From IMG/VR virus record IMGVR_UViG_3300048574_000460, positions 1 through 47,845 of that record: a DNA stretch of 47,845 nucleotides. One strand, 5' to 3'. Shown piece after piece: positions 10,324-20,244 of the stretch. This DNA comes from a virus (Duplodnaviria; Caudoviricetes). The translations under genes and the position numbers were made by a program. The stretch's first letter is position 1; each line of letters opens with the position of its first letter. Under the pieces are notes generated by a model. It worked only from the letters and a program-made list of their open reading frames with translations, ran no database searches and was not told where the DNA came from.

Positions 10324-13300
10324 TACTTGCGGTTTTTGGATCCGATACTTCGTGCTTTATCTCGTTGTGCAACTGCTTTATCAAATTGGCTCAGCACCAT
10401 GTACGCCGGTAACCCATTTGATTGTAGGTCTTCAAGGACTGCCGCCAAACGCTCATATACGGTGGCATCAATGGGTTGCGCTGGCACATACTTGGTCTCG
10501 ATGCTCGTCGTACTTGATTTGGACACATATCCTCCAGTGGCAAGACCTGCCATATTTGCACGTATAAGTTGATTCATGTCAAGAGTTCGAATGGTGCCTG
10601 CTTGCTGGTGCTTATCCAGGATATTGATAAACGATGCAACGGAGGGATTTTGCATGGTGGCATTTGAAGCGACCCATTCGAGAGAACGACCGGAATCGCC
10701 TTCACCAACAAGGACTGTCGGTCGATCAACGTAACCGCGCTTGTCAGGATCGATGATGGCATTACGATACACCTTTCCATCTTGAGCGCGGGTTACGTCG
10801 ATATACCCTCCGGTTTCAGCTCCGGAGACTTTCATGTTCTTAATCTTTTTTCGTTCTGCATTGGCAGATGCCAGCTGGGCAATACCTGTAATACCCAGCA
10901 GTGCGGCAGAAATGGTTCCTGCGACAGGACCCAAATCAGCAAAAGCCTTCATTATAGACACCGCAGTATCTGCAATAATCTGAGATGCCTTTACCGCAAA
11001 CTGGGCATCTGCATATTTTTTCTGAACGTTAAGCTTCTTTTGTTCTTTTTCTTTCTCAAGTGCCGCTACTTTCTTCGAATTACCTTGAGCTGCTTGTATC
11101 TCAACATCGTATTTAGCGTCAATATTATCCATCTCCGCCTGCTGGAGTGCAGTGACAGCATCCGAAAATAAAGTCTTGTAATAGTCAAATTGTGTTTTAA
11201 AGGAGTCTCGCTTCAGATTTTTTACAGCATTCTCATAGTCCTTTTGTGAAATCAGTTTTGCATCTAAATTTTGCTTTAGGAGAATGAGCTCGTTGTTTAA
11301 CTGACCTTGCTGTGTTACCAAACCATATTGACTTCGAATCTGATAGATTCTCTGCTCGTATTCAGAATTAAGCTGTTCTTTTGCTTTCAGATAGGCAGAA
11401 TCAAGTTCCTTTGTGTCTAGGTGCTGCTTGATGGCCATCTGTTTTCTAGCCTGGTAAGAGGCTTCCAAGACTTGCAATTGGAGCGTTAAGTCTTCATCGA
11501 CGGTGGTAAGTTTGAATTGGGACTTAAAGTCTTTGACCAGGCTATTGAGCGTCTTCTGTTGGTTTGCTCTTGCGGCGGCAGCGGCAGAATCTGCATCAAG
11601 CACGGCTTGATTTGCTTCTTTTACTGCATCGGCCTTAATGTTACCATTTTTCAGTTCTAGTGCATTGATGTCATCCAAACAGTTTTTATTGATATTGACA
11701 CGATTCTCAGCGGTTGCTACCGACTGGGCTTCCATCAACATGTCATATTGATCCTGTGTGATGACCTTATCTGAGAGCTGCTTTGAAAACACTCCCTGCT
11801 GTACCTTGACCGCATTTTCTTCAGCCTGAAGAGCTTCGGCACGGCGTTTTTTAATAACTTCTATTCGGGATTTTTCGCTTTCATCTTCCAGTGTTATAAG
11901 CTTTGCCTTATCTTCTACAATCTGGTTTTTATACTCCGCTTTTTTAGCGGTCTTTTTGGCACTCGATTCGAAACCCTCCAGCAACTTTATCCGCTCTGAT
12001 AAATAAACTTTATCAGAATCAAGAATTGAGGCATTTATTTCGTCTTCAGTTTTCTTCTTTTCAAGCCCATCCAGCCGGATCGAGTTTAATTCGGCCTCGT
12101 GTTTCGTTTCTAGATTTTTCAAGGCTACGGCATTCGGATCTGACTTATCCGTTGTCGATGCAGACTTTGATTGGAACCGTTGGTCATAGATGCTTTGGGC
12201 TATCGATCGAAACTCATTGGCGGCATTCTTTTCATCATTCAGCCAAGCCGATAATTGTGCCTTGTTCATTTTGGAAAAATTGGCCCTTGCCTCAGATGAA
12301 CGCTTCGTCGCTTTTATCTGGTCGTCAAGCCATTTGTCTAGATCTTCACCGGATAGCTTACGTAGTTCCTCCTGAGATCCACGAATCATCTCTCCCCATT
12401 GGAGAAGAATACCCTGTTGTTTTTTCAACTCCTCGTTTGAGTAGGTATTAAAAGAAAGGGCACCGGTAAGACCGTTGGCTTTCAATTCACCTCCGGATTG
12501 CACTCTCTTCAACTGGGCGTTGTATTCCTTCTGGTATTCGGATAGATCACTTTCAACTTCCTTGATTCTTTCCTTATTCAGATATTTAAGATGGGCTCTT
12601 TCCGCCTTAAGGAAATCATACACCTTATCCGTATTGATGGCTATGGCATTTCCATATTGATCCCATGATGATATGGCTCCTGGCACCGCACTTGATAATT
12701 GACCAATAACAGTATGAAGTTCTTCGTGTTCCTCCTTTGATAGCTTCACCTTCGATTTCAGCTCATCATATCGTTCAGCAAGCGCTGGCAGCGTAGATGC
12801 CATAGTCACATATTGCTCGGTGCTATTCTTGAATTCATCAGATAAAGGCTTTGACAACCCTATCAGTTTACTGAATGATTGAATGGCATTCAGCCCCCCC
12901 ACCTGAAGTGACGACCAAAACTTATCCCACTTTTCTTTTAATGGGATAAGCTGACTCCCAAGTTCAAGCTGTGCATTTTGAACTTTAATAAGCTCCTGTT
13001 CTGCTTTATCCCCGGCAGACACATAGCCGTCTTCCTCACTCTTCAATCGTTCCTCAATGATGGCGTTCAGACCTTTTGTGAAATCTCCATATCGTTTTTT
13101 TGCCGCATCAATATCCTCTTTGGAGATACCGAGATTGATAAGTGTTTTTGAAGTCTGACGGGCGACACCTTTCAACAGGGAGTCCATTAGGTCATCAATG
13201 GAAGCGCCTGTTTTTTCTGCCTGCATTTCAGCAAATGCTAGATAATTTCCAAGGTCTTTGAATGAAACACCCCAGTCATTGGCTTTAACAGCGGCTTTCA

Positions 13301-13979
13301 TCAATGATAAATCATTAACCGTTCCTTTTACGGATGTGCGTAATTCCTTCAAAAGATCAGGCTGGTTTAGCTTTTGATAAGCATGTAAGATCCCATCGTT
13401 CGTCGTAGCCAGCTCAATACTTTCATCCGTCAACTCCTTCATTTTATCAATGAATGAGGAAACAGTTTTGAATGCAACTGCGGCAAGGGCGGCTATTCCA
13501 GCAGCCTTGAGTGTAGTCCCAATCTTACTGAACCCTTCGCTGACGTTCTTTGAAGAGCCCTTCAGCTCATTCATACGACCTTTAACATTATTCAGCTCTT
13601 TCTCCAACTTGGAATACTCTTCCGGATGAAGCTCTTTGGATGTGCTATCAAGTTGTTTCTCTAGATCTTTTGCCTTCTTCTTCAACTGGGTCATAGTCAG
13701 CTCGGTAATCTTCATTTTACCTTCCAACTGTGAGATAACCTCCTTATTTTTAGCAATGGTGGAATTATTTTCCCTAACAATCTTATCCAGATTTTTCCAC
13801 TCAATGCTTTCTCTTTTACCTTGCTTTTCGAGACTGATCATCTGGTCAAGACGTGCCTTATTCGTCTTTGCAAGTTCTTTGTTAGCTTGAGTTAGCTCAT
13901 GAATTTCCTGCTGTGCCTCGGAGCTCTCAACAGAAAGAATCCATTTTATTTCGTCTTCAGAAAGTTTTCCTTTTGCCAT
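10323..13979 (-). CDS. Tape measure protein
   Basis: 1218 aa, helical, K/E/A/Q-rich, with hydrophobic AAGIAALAAVAF and GPVAGTISAALLGITG segments and C-terminal xTGGY motifs. Confidence 0.85.
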   Translation of the reverse strand: MAKGKLSEDEIKWILSVESSEAQQEIHELTQANKELAKTNKARLDQMISLEKQGKRESIEWKNLDKIVRENNSTIAKNKEVISQLEGKMKITELTMTQLKKKAKDLEKQLDSTSKELHPEEYSKLEKELNNVKGRMNELKGSSKNVSEGFSKIGTTLKAAGIAALAAVAFKTVSSFIDKMKELTDESIELATTNDGILHAYQKLNQPDLLKELRTSVKGTVNDLSLMKAAVKANDWGVSFKDLGNYLAFAEMQAEKTGASIDDLMDSLLKGVARQTSKTLINLGISKEDIDAAKKRYGDFTKGLNAIIEERLKSEEDGYVSAGDKAEQELIKVQNAQLELGSQLIPLKEKWDKFWSSLQVGGLNAIQSFSKLIGLSKPLSDEFKNSTEQYVTMASTLPALAERYDELKSKVKLSKEEHEELHTVIGQLSSAVPGAISSWDQYGNAIAINTDKVYDFLKAERAHLKYLNKERIKEVESDLSEYQKEYNAQLKRVQSGGELKANGLTGALSFNTYSNEELKKQQGILLQWGEMIRGSQEELRKLSGEDLDKWLDDQIKATKRSSEARANFSKMNKAQLSAWLNDEKNAANEFRSIAQSIYDQRFQSKSASTTDKSDPNAVALKNLETKHEAELNSIRLDGLEKKKTEDEINASILDSDKVYLSERIKLLEGFESSAKKTAKKAEYKNQIVEDKAKLITLEDESEKSRIEVIKKRRAEALQAEENAVKVQQGVFSKQLSDKVITQDQYDMLMEAQSVATAENRVNINKNCLDDINALELKNGNIKADAVKEANQAVLDADSAAAAARANQQKTLNSLVKDFKSQFKLTTVDEDLTLQLQVLEASYQARKQMAIKQHLDTKELDSAYLKAKEQLNSEYEQRIYQIRSQYGLVTQQGQLNNELILLKQNLDAKLISQKDYENAVKNLKRDSFKTQFDYYKTLFSDAVTALQQAEMDNIDAKYDVEIQAAQGNSKKVAALEKEKEQKKLNVQKKYADAQFAVKASQIIADTAVSIMKAFADLGPVAGTISAALLGITGIAQLASANAERKKIKNMKVSGAETGGYIDVTRAQDGKVYRNAIIDPDKRGYVDRPTVLVGEGDSGRSLEWVASNATMQNPSVASFINILDKHQQAGTIRTLDMNQLIRANMAGLATGGYVSKSSTTSIETKYVPAQPIDATVYERLAAVLEDLQSNGLPAYMVLSQFDKAVAQRDKARSIGSKNRK

Positions 13980-13990
13980 AGTGGTTGAAA

Positions 13991-14392
13991 TTATTCAGGA
14001 AATTGTATTGTTGATTGAACCGCTGTAGCTGCCACCAATTGACTTCGGATGGATCTGATCATATCTTTTGTCAGTCCATAGCGTAATTCAGGGAGTGTTT
14101 CTCTATAAAGAATAGGCCATATCGCCTTGTTATAGAATGGGACGTTCTTTCGACCCGAAATCATTGAACCTTTGTAATGGATATCAATAAACCTCAGGTA
14201 TTGCAATATTGAAAATGAGGATCTAGTCTCTTTCACACTGTATCGAGGCGTAGAAAATGATTCCTGCAATGCTCCTGTTTGCTTTTGAAGAACATTGTAC
14301 GCAACATCAGATTGCATTTCCTGAATAACTCCAAGATCACGACTGATGATTTTATTGATAAAGGTCTTATTAATGATATCCGTAGTGATCAT
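13991..14392 (-). CDS. Hypothetical phage protein (possible tail completion protein)
   Basis: 133-aa ORF immediately before the tape measure gene, preceded by the late-promoter motif. Confidence 0.6.
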   Translation of the reverse strand: MITTDIINKTFINKIISRDLGVIQEMQSDVAYNVLQKQTGALQESFSTPRYSVKETRSSFSILQYLRFIDIHYKGSMISGRKNVPFYNKAIWPILYRETLPELRYGLTKDMIRSIRSQLVAATAVQSTIQFPE

Positions 14393-14408
14393 TATTATCC
14401 TTTTTCAG

Positions 14409-14443
14409 CGAAGGTATTGCTACGGATACGCTGGATAAAGGAC
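14409..14443 (-). promoter_or_regulatory. Putative late promoter, copy 2 (GTCCTTT-N20-TACCTTCG)
   Basis: Motif with exact 20-nt spacing upstream of ATG 14392. Confidence 0.7.
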
Positions 14444-14478
14444 AAAAGAAAACCCGGAGTACTTCGCAGTACTCCGGG
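14444..14478 (-). terminator. Intrinsic terminator
   Basis: 11-bp stem CCCGGAGTACT / AGTACTCCGGG with a 4-nt loop, followed on the minus strand by TTTTCTTTT. Confidence 0.85.
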
Positions 14479-14552
14479 CCACCTAACCTTAAATCTACCA
14501 TGAAAAACACGGTACAAATTTGTTTTAATTTACATAGTGCGAAAAGGACAAT

Positions 14553-14831
14553 TCACTTTTGTATTAAACACCAGAAAAATCCTAATGAGGTAGAACCCTT
14601 TCGGGTATGAAAAATGAAACCATTGTCGAGCATTGCCTGGTATATATCTTCCTTGGATATTTCAGCTCCCGGATTCAATTCAAGAATAGCATTATACACC
14701 TCTTCTGTCGTGAAAAAGTGTGTGGCATCATCGGCAGAAATGGACGGCTTAAATGCGTCCATCAGCACGGAGATACATCTCTGCAATAGCTGTTGTTGAT
14801 CGTTATTGATCTTGTCGAGTGGTGTGTTCAT
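14553..14831 (-). CDS. Hypothetical protein (winged-helix-like)
   Basis: Likely start MNTPLD at 14831, 4 nt after the upstream stop; FTTEEVYNAI...IYQAMLDNGF pattern. Confidence 0.6.
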   Translation of the reverse strand: MNTPLDKINNDQQQLLQRCISVLMDAFKPSISADDATHFFTTEEVYNAILELNPGAEISKEDIYQAMLDNGFIFHTRKGSTSLGFFWCLIQK

Positions 14832-14835
14832 TCGA

Positions 14836-15084
14836 TTATTGTTTAGAAACAAATTGTCGGAATTCTTGCAGCAATCCACTAGCTTCCAAAAAAGCTAAGG
14901 ATTTTTGGTAAAGTTCAAAATGGACTTTATAGAGTTCAATGTAGACATCTGCTAGTTCGTTCCGGACTGCGAGGCTTTCAATCTCTTTATCTTTCGGATC
15001 AAGCAGAGCGATAGATCCAGTGCTTTTTTTTGTAAAGCGCACAACTCTTCCAGCTGGTTGGTTGCATATGGTAAGCGCATTCAT
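14836..15084 (-). CDS. Hypothetical protein
   Basis: 82-aa ATG ORF, tightly packed in a three-gene operon. Confidence 0.55.
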   Translation of the reverse strand: MNALTICNQPAGRVVRFTKKSTGSIALLDPKDKEIESLAVRNELADVYIELYKVHFELYQKSLAFLEASGLLQEFRQFVSKQ

Positions 15085-15096
15085 GGCTGTCGCTTT

Positions 15097-15336
15097 TTAC
15101 AGCCTAGGCTGAGTCAGGTTAATGGTCAGATTGAAACCAGATCCAAAGAACTCAATGACGGCTTTCTGATTGGTGGCTTTGGATCGGTAGTTGATGGGGG
15201 CTGGGCCATCCCCATTTGCCTGCGTTACCATTTGACGTACTTGCTCTTGCAGCAGGAGCATTACTTTTTCCATCTTCGGTAAAGTAATTACTCGAAGTTC
15301 TTCCTGTTGTTTGGAAGTGGATTGATTTGTTTTCAT
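15097..15336 (-). CDS. Hypothetical protein, first gene after the C4-like leader
   Basis: 79-aa ORF whose start codon abuts the antisense target sequence at 15337-15348. Confidence 0.55.
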   Translation of the reverse strand: MKTNQSTSKQQEELRVITLPKMEKVMLLLQEQVRQMVTQANGDGPAPINYRSKATNQKAVIEFFGSGFNLTINLTQPRL

Positions 15337-15371
15337 GAGTCTTCAGCATTTGAATTTTGGAGCACAAGGAA

Positions 15372-15445
15372 GCGGTGCTCACTTAACGCTGCTGAAGACT
15401 CCAGAGGGGTAATGCCTTTCTTTAAGGCTCGTTAAATGGCACCGC
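15372..15445 (-). ncRNA. C4/CI-like antisense RNA within a 5' leader
   Basis: Closing stems GCGGTGC/GCACCGC and TTAACG/CGTTAA. Internal 15390-15401 is perfectly complementary to 15337-15348 (12 nt) and to 15510-15517 (8 nt). Preceded by a hairpin plus U8. Confidence 0.6.
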
Positions 15446-15466
15446 CATTCCAATACGTTTAGGCAT

Positions 15467-15491
15467 AAAAAAAACCACCTGCCTTTGGTGG
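15467..15491 (-). terminator. Attenuator-like hairpin in the leader
   Basis: CCACC/GGTGG stem followed by 8 T on the minus strand. Confidence 0.55.
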
Positions 15492-15521
15492 GGAGTTACC
15501 TCCTCAAAATCTTCAGCGATG

Positions 15522-15529
15522 CAAACATA
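15522..15529 (-). promoter_or_regulatory. -7 box for the C4-like operon
   Basis: TATGTTTG on the minus strand matches TAnnTTTG. Confidence 0.6.
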
Positions 15530-15725
15530 CAACGAATTTTTGTAAGTTGTACACTTACAGTGGAAAAAATTCCCGAAGGTTTAAATGGTTCGGGGAAGAT
15601 TTCAGACCTGGAAATATCACAATCCTGGCAATAAATTGGGTTTATTGCCAGATTCGTGATAAAAAACAGTCGTGGAAAAAACTAAAAGCTCCTTTGTTTT
15701 CTGATTGGGATTATATAATCGATTT

Positions 15726-16046
15726 TTATTCAAAATCAGACAAAGAAAAGATGTATGTTTTTTTAAAATCTTCGTAAGATTTTGAAAGATATTCCTCCGG
15801 AAAATCTTCTACAAAATGCTCTTCAAATATATCTCTTTCGATATTATATGAAATTTCTCTATGCCATATATTAACTTCGGCAACCACAGAACAAACATCA
15901 CCGACAATAACCTCCATCCCCCGATGGACGTAGAAGACAGCTTTTCGTATTTCCGGTAACTCTATAGACTCTAATATTAATTCTTTCATTGATCCATTAT
16001 CATGGATACTTAAAATCATGGCCTTTCCACTAATTGTTTTTTTCAT
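15726..16046 (-). CDS. Hypothetical protein
   Basis: 106-aa AT-rich ATG ORF co-oriented with the accessory cassette. Confidence 0.5.
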   Translation of the reverse strand: MKKTISGKAMILSIHDNGSMKELILESIELPEIRKAVFYVHRGMEVIVGDVCSVVAEVNIWHREISYNIERDIFEEHFVEDFPEEYLSKSYEDFKKTYIFSLSDFE

Positions 16047-16076
16047 ATTATTTCAAATTTTTAATCAAAAGGCAAA

Positions 16077-16370
16077 TTACAATTTTGGATCACTTTTTTC
16101 TGCTTGTTTAACTATATGCTCCAAATCAATGGGTTTGGTGTCATCCTTACCCGACTTATCACCGAAGAACATATATACTCCAATCGATCGAGTATACTTA
16201 AGAAAACTATCAATAGTATATGATGTCAAACCGGATTCTATGGCCTTTACCTGCTCTAGTCTCATGCATTCATCCTTCATAATACGATACATACTTATTC
16301 CCTTTTCCTTGCGGATTCCAGAAAGATACTCACCTAGAACCTCACGGGATGATACAATTAATCTATCCAT
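16077..16370 (-). CDS. XRE-family HTH protein
   Basis: LGEYLSGIRKEKGISMYRI...QVKAIESG..SYTIDSFLKY helix-turn-helix pattern. Confidence 0.8.
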   Translation of the reverse strand: MDRLIVSSREVLGEYLSGIRKEKGISMYRIMKDECMRLEQVKAIESGLTSYTIDSFLKYTRSIGVYMFFGDKSGKDDTKPIDLEHIVKQAEKSDPKL

Positions 16371-16443
16371 TTCTTTTTTAATATTTTGTTGATTACGTTA
16401 TGTAACTTATCACTTGATACAATTAAATCCTTTGACTAAACGG

Positions 16444-16959
16444 TTATTCGTTCGATTTTGAGAATTCTTTATCTTTAAATAGATCTGCCAATCCAGATAG
16501 TTGTTTAAGTCTCAGAATCTCATCGGCGTCCATTCCAATATTCTTCATGATCCATACGTCACTCATTCCAGCCTTGGAGAGTTCAGATACAATATTGGTC
16601 ATAAGGTCAATATCGTGCGATCCGCGTGCCCTATTATGCCGAATAGTCGAAGCCATACGATGGCTAATATCTTTCTCAATAACGACTACTGGAAGACATC
16701 CATTTTCGCGTTCATAAATTCTTCGAGAGAAATGTTTCGATTTTGGGTTCATTAAGGAGTAACGATGAAACCCATCTACGACCTCATATATGTCTTCTTC
16801 TGGATAATAATAGCAGACATCCGGCATAGTAAATCCATCTTCCCAAACTGATAACTCAAGTAGTTTCATTTCAGGAGGCGCAACTGCATTTGGATTATAG
16901 CTGTTTGCCCGTATCTTTTCGACAGGAACAGCTTTTACGTTGTAAACTGGTGATTTCAT
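16444..16959 (-). CDS. ParB/Srx-like protein (IbrB/YbdM-like)
   Basis: ANSYNPNAVAPPEMKLL, YEVVDGFHRY and STIRHNRARGSH motifs. Confidence 0.9.
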   Translation of the reverse strand: MKSPVYNVKAVPVEKIRANSYNPNAVAPPEMKLLELSVWEDGFTMPDVCYYYPEEDIYEVVDGFHRYSLMNPKSKHFSRRIYERENGCLPVVVIEKDISHRMASTIRHNRARGSHDIDLMTNIVSELSKAGMSDVWIMKNIGMDADEILRLKQLSGLADLFKDKEFSKSNE

Positions 16960-18230
16960 AAGAGTGATTTGTATTTTTCCATTATGTTTTTCCGTCTGGC
17001 CATTTCATTTTTATTGAGCGAGAATCCCATATATTTACACAAGTGATCATTCTTCATAATGCAGATGCACATTCGCTTAAATGTGGGTAGTTCCTTAGCT
17101 TCAGCAATATCTATTTCGTCAATATATTCCATTCGGACTGGTATTTTAGACGTTTGGTAATTTGTGCCTGTGGCAGTTTCAAACTTTACTCCCGATGCTT
17201 TTAGTTTATTGATGGTATCAACACTTAGACAACCACCTTTCTCACGCCAAAATTTTATTGACACTGAAAGCTTCTCCAGATAATTAGCACGTGTCTCTTC
17301 CGGGAGTGTCGATAACAAAAAGTACATGTAACTTTCCCATGTATGACCAGTAGGTAGTTTTATGGAGTTCCATCCCATAGCAGTCGTCCCACCGTATATT
17401 CCGGTAAAGTTTACACCGTTTACGCGACTTACCAATTTTCCCCACGTATGTGGTTCAATTACCCTATAAAGTTTTAAACTCTCTTGAGCTGCGGAATGAA
17501 AAGGGCTAGCAACACGTTGCTTCTCAATTGGAACTCCGGCTTTATAAAATAGGTCGTATAGTTTATTATACGACCACCCAAATCGTCCATTGCCAGTCCA
17601 CACATCCGTAGTCAACCAGTCGTAAATTGGGTAAGCATTAAACACGTCTGGAAACATTTCTTTAGTCCAGTTAATTCCATTAAAATTTCGATAGTTTCTA
17701 TCACTGTGAATAGCACGCCACCGGTTCAAAGATTCTTGCGTACGAATACCAATTAAACAAGCTGTTCGTGTTGCTTTTTTCCGCTCGTGAAGCCATAAAC
17801 TAAACTTCTCCTGAAACTCATAATCCCACATGTTAGATCTGAAGAATGCAAAATCTTTTTCAGTATAGCAGTCTTCAGGCATTTTACTCACCCACATATC
17901 ACGCTTTGACTGTTCCCATGGTCTCCAGTGGTTTTCGTGCATAGATGTACATGTCGCTCCTTTAAAAGGTACGCAACATCGATAAACGTCTAAGATATCA
18001 GAATTTTGAGCCAGCGTTTTGTCTACGTATTCTGTGGTAAACTGATATTGTGCTTCGTAATCCATATGAAAAACACAAAGTTTTCTATCTGGGCAATTGG
18101 ATCGGATATAATCAATACATAGATTGAGTAATACACCACTATCCTTTCCCCCTGAAAACGATACACACACATTGTCAAAGTGATCGAATATTGTTTCGAT
18201 TCGCCTTTGAGCAGCTTCGTAAACGTTCAT
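16956..18230 (-). CDS. PAPS-reductase family / DUF3440 protein (IbrA/YbdN-like)
   Basis: PP-loop VSFSGGKDS, GIRTQESLNRW, YPIYDW, QRVASPF, KRMCICIMKNDHLCKYMGF; overlaps the ParB-like gene by 4 nt. Confidence 0.9.
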   Translation of the reverse strand: MNVYEAAQRRIETIFDHFDNVCVSFSGGKDSGVLLNLCIDYIRSNCPDRKLCVFHMDYEAQYQFTTEYVDKTLAQNSDILDVYRCCVPFKGATCTSMHENHWRPWEQSKRDMWVSKMPEDCYTEKDFAFFRSNMWDYEFQEKFSLWLHERKKATRTACLIGIRTQESLNRWRAIHSDRNYRNFNGINWTKEMFPDVFNAYPIYDWLTTDVWTGNGRFGWSYNKLYDLFYKAGVPIEKQRVASPFHSAAQESLKLYRVIEPHTWGKLVSRVNGVNFTGIYGGTTAMGWNSIKLPTGHTWESYMYFLLSTLPEETRANYLEKLSVSIKFWREKGGCLSVDTINKLKASGVKFETATGTNYQTSKIPVRMEYIDEIDIAEAKELPTFKRMCICIMKNDHLCKYMGFSLNKNEMARRKNIMEKYKSLL

Positions 18231-18415
18231 GACTGCTCTTTTTTTAATAAAAGCAATTGATTAATCGCGTATTCAATGTTTTCAATTCTTTGAGTTGCAT
18301 CTTCTATTTCTTCAATATAATCAATGAGGTCTGATGTTTTTTCACGCACAATCATATAGGTGAAAAATCCATTTTCTTCGTTCATAATTCTTCTTTTAAT
18401 TGTTCTTTGGTGCAA
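18227..18415 (-). CDS. Small coiled-coil hypothetical protein
   Basis: Fills the gap between helicase and PAPS-reductase genes; true start probably the internal MNEENG. Confidence 0.5.
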   Translation of the reverse strand: MHQRTIKRRIMNEENGFFTYMIVREKTSDLIDYIEEIEDATQRIENIEYAINQLLLLKKEQS

Positions 18416-19596
18416 ATTTTAAAGTAGTTCAATAGCTGACCTTTAGTCAGGTTATTTTGTTTCATCAAACCTTCAAGTTTCACATCTCCATCCAAATAAT
18501 AATGATAACAGGTATGTTGCTGTCCAGTTCTGTATATTCTAAACTTATATTGATCCACCTTCCAGTAGTCGAATGTTTTATCAAATTCAATCGTCACATT
18601 CTTATCTTGCATATTTAGGCTTTGCGATTCACTCTGAAGACTCATTACTTCTACTCCAGGGAATGCCTTCCGGCATGCTTCCTGGCTATCTACGAACTTA
18701 CAATATATAACCACATTTTCAGGTTTATGTGCTTCAATAATTTTGCGAGTAACTGTAAACTTATCTGAAGAGCATGAATACAGATGTTGCATCTTCATGG
18801 TCATTTCTAAGAAGATATTGTTATTCATTGCCAACAGTTTATCATCCTCCAAATAGGTGCATTTCAGACGTTCGTATTCTTCCTTTATTTCAGTATCAAT
18901 GTAATAACTTACATCTATGTGTTGCTGAGTAACGTCTAACTGCAGATCGGCTTCGTAAACATATGGACGAATCAGGCTGTATAGATAATCGACATTGTGA
19001 TATTTAGTTATGAACTCGCGTGTATAACGTGAATGGCCTACCGTCTTGGTTATCTTGGTATACTCGCAAAACGTATTCTTATATTCTGCATCGCTCATAT
19101 TTAGAATTCTTGGGCTAAGAAAATCAAATTGAGACTTAATATCTAATAGATTGCGACTGATTGGTGTTCCATTCAAAATGAGTTTGTATTCTGTCAGTGT
19201 TCCAAGTTCTTGAATCCGTTTTGTTCGCTTTGCCTCTGGACTTTTTATATACAAACTTTCATCGCATACGAGGTATGTGTTTTGATTCTCCATTAAGTTA
19301 CGCGTTTCCAAATAAATGCGCCCGCTGGCAGAAAGGCTTTCCAATCCAACAAAATATGTTGGTACGCTGAACCCTCCCCATTTTTGAACTTCGTCACAGA
19401 TTCCTGATCCTTGAATCTTTGGGTTTATACTCCGGAATGGAGCAAGCCAAATCACCTGATCAATTTTAGGAGTAGAGCGGATAAGCTCAATAGCTGTGCG
19501 ACTCTTGCCGGTGCCGGGTCGTTTAAATAAAGCTCCTACTTTTAGTGGTGAGAGCTTCGTATGGGCCTTTATTTGATCACTTAACAAGGTTTGCAT
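18382..19596 (-). CDS. SNF2-like SF2 helicase/ATPase
   Basis: Walker A PGTGKS, Walker B CDES, LNGTP, SQFDFL, and a motif VI-like QYKFRIYRTGQ. Confidence 0.85.
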   Translation of the reverse strand: MQTLLSDQIKAHTKLSPLKVGALFKRPGTGKSRTAIELIRSTPKIDQVIWLAPFRSINPKIQGSGICDEVQKWGGFSVPTYFVGLESLSASGRIYLETRNLMENQNTYLVCDESLYIKSPEAKRTKRIQELGTLTEYKLILNGTPISRNLLDIKSQFDFLSPRILNMSDAEYKNTFCEYTKITKTVGHSRYTREFITKYHNVDYLYSLIRPYVYEADLQLDVTQQHIDVSYYIDTEIKEEYERLKCTYLEDDKLLAMNNNIFLEMTMKMQHLYSCSSDKFTVTRKIIEAHKPENVVIYCKFVDSQEACRKAFPGVEVMSLQSESQSLNMQDKNVTIEFDKTFDYWKVDQYKFRIYRTGQQHTCYHYYLDGDVKLEGLMKQNNLTKGQLLNYFKICTKEQLKEEL

Positions 19597-19909
19597 CTGC
19601 CATTATTTCTTTTGGATCAATTCGATCTGGAATGTGGTGTTCTATAGTTGTTGTAATATTGGGCTCAATTCGATTTGTATCTGTATTGAACCATCCTATT
19701 TTCTTATCACTATATTGAAAACCATTTTTTTTATCAAGGATCCATTCGCTTATCCAATAAGCATTCGATTTCTGCACATCGTAATCAACACCAAATACTT
19801 GGCTTTTTGGAAGTATGGCCGTTGAGCCGTCGAACGCAGTGGCTTTGTAGGCCTTGTCAGATATACTGACAAGGCTTTCAAGGCGTACTGAGTAGCATTT
19901 AGTTTTCAT
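19577..19909 (-). CDS. Hypothetical phage protein
   Basis: 110-aa ORF overlapping both neighbours. Confidence 0.65.
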   Translation of the reverse strand: MKTKCYSVRLESLVSISDKAYKATAFDGSTAILPKSQVFGVDYDVQKSNAYWISEWILDKKNGFQYSDKKIGWFNTDTNRIEPNITTTIEHHIPDRIDPKEIMADANLVK

Positions 19910-20222
19910 CTACAACAATGTAATAAACAAACCTATCACTATCTGAACAGGTAAAAGCACCATCATTTTCTTTATGTGCCCGAATAAATGTATTACGATT
20001 ATCGGGTGTAAATAAGCAAATTTCACCTTGTTCTCCATTTCTGTAAATCTCATGCTTAACTGACCCAACGACAAAATCATCAACATCATCCTGCCCATGA
20101 TAGCCGTAATAAATTGTTTGAATACGCTTTCCGATGAGTTTTTTTGCTTCATCAACTGTTAATACGCTAGCGATTTTATCACTAACTGCATTTCTCATTT
20201 TAGCTAAAAGTTCGTTGTTCAT
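19899..20222 (-). CDS. Hypothetical protein
   Basis: 107 aa, first gene of the cassette, preceded by a -7 box. Confidence 0.6.
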   Translation of the reverse strand: MNNELLAKMRNAVSDKIASVLTVDEAKKLIGKRIQTIYYGYHGQDDVDDFVVGSVKHEIYRNGEQGEICLFTPDNRNTFIRAHKENDGAFTCSDSDRFVYYIVVDEN

Positions 20223-20244
20223 GGCTTTGTTTTATTTGATAGTT

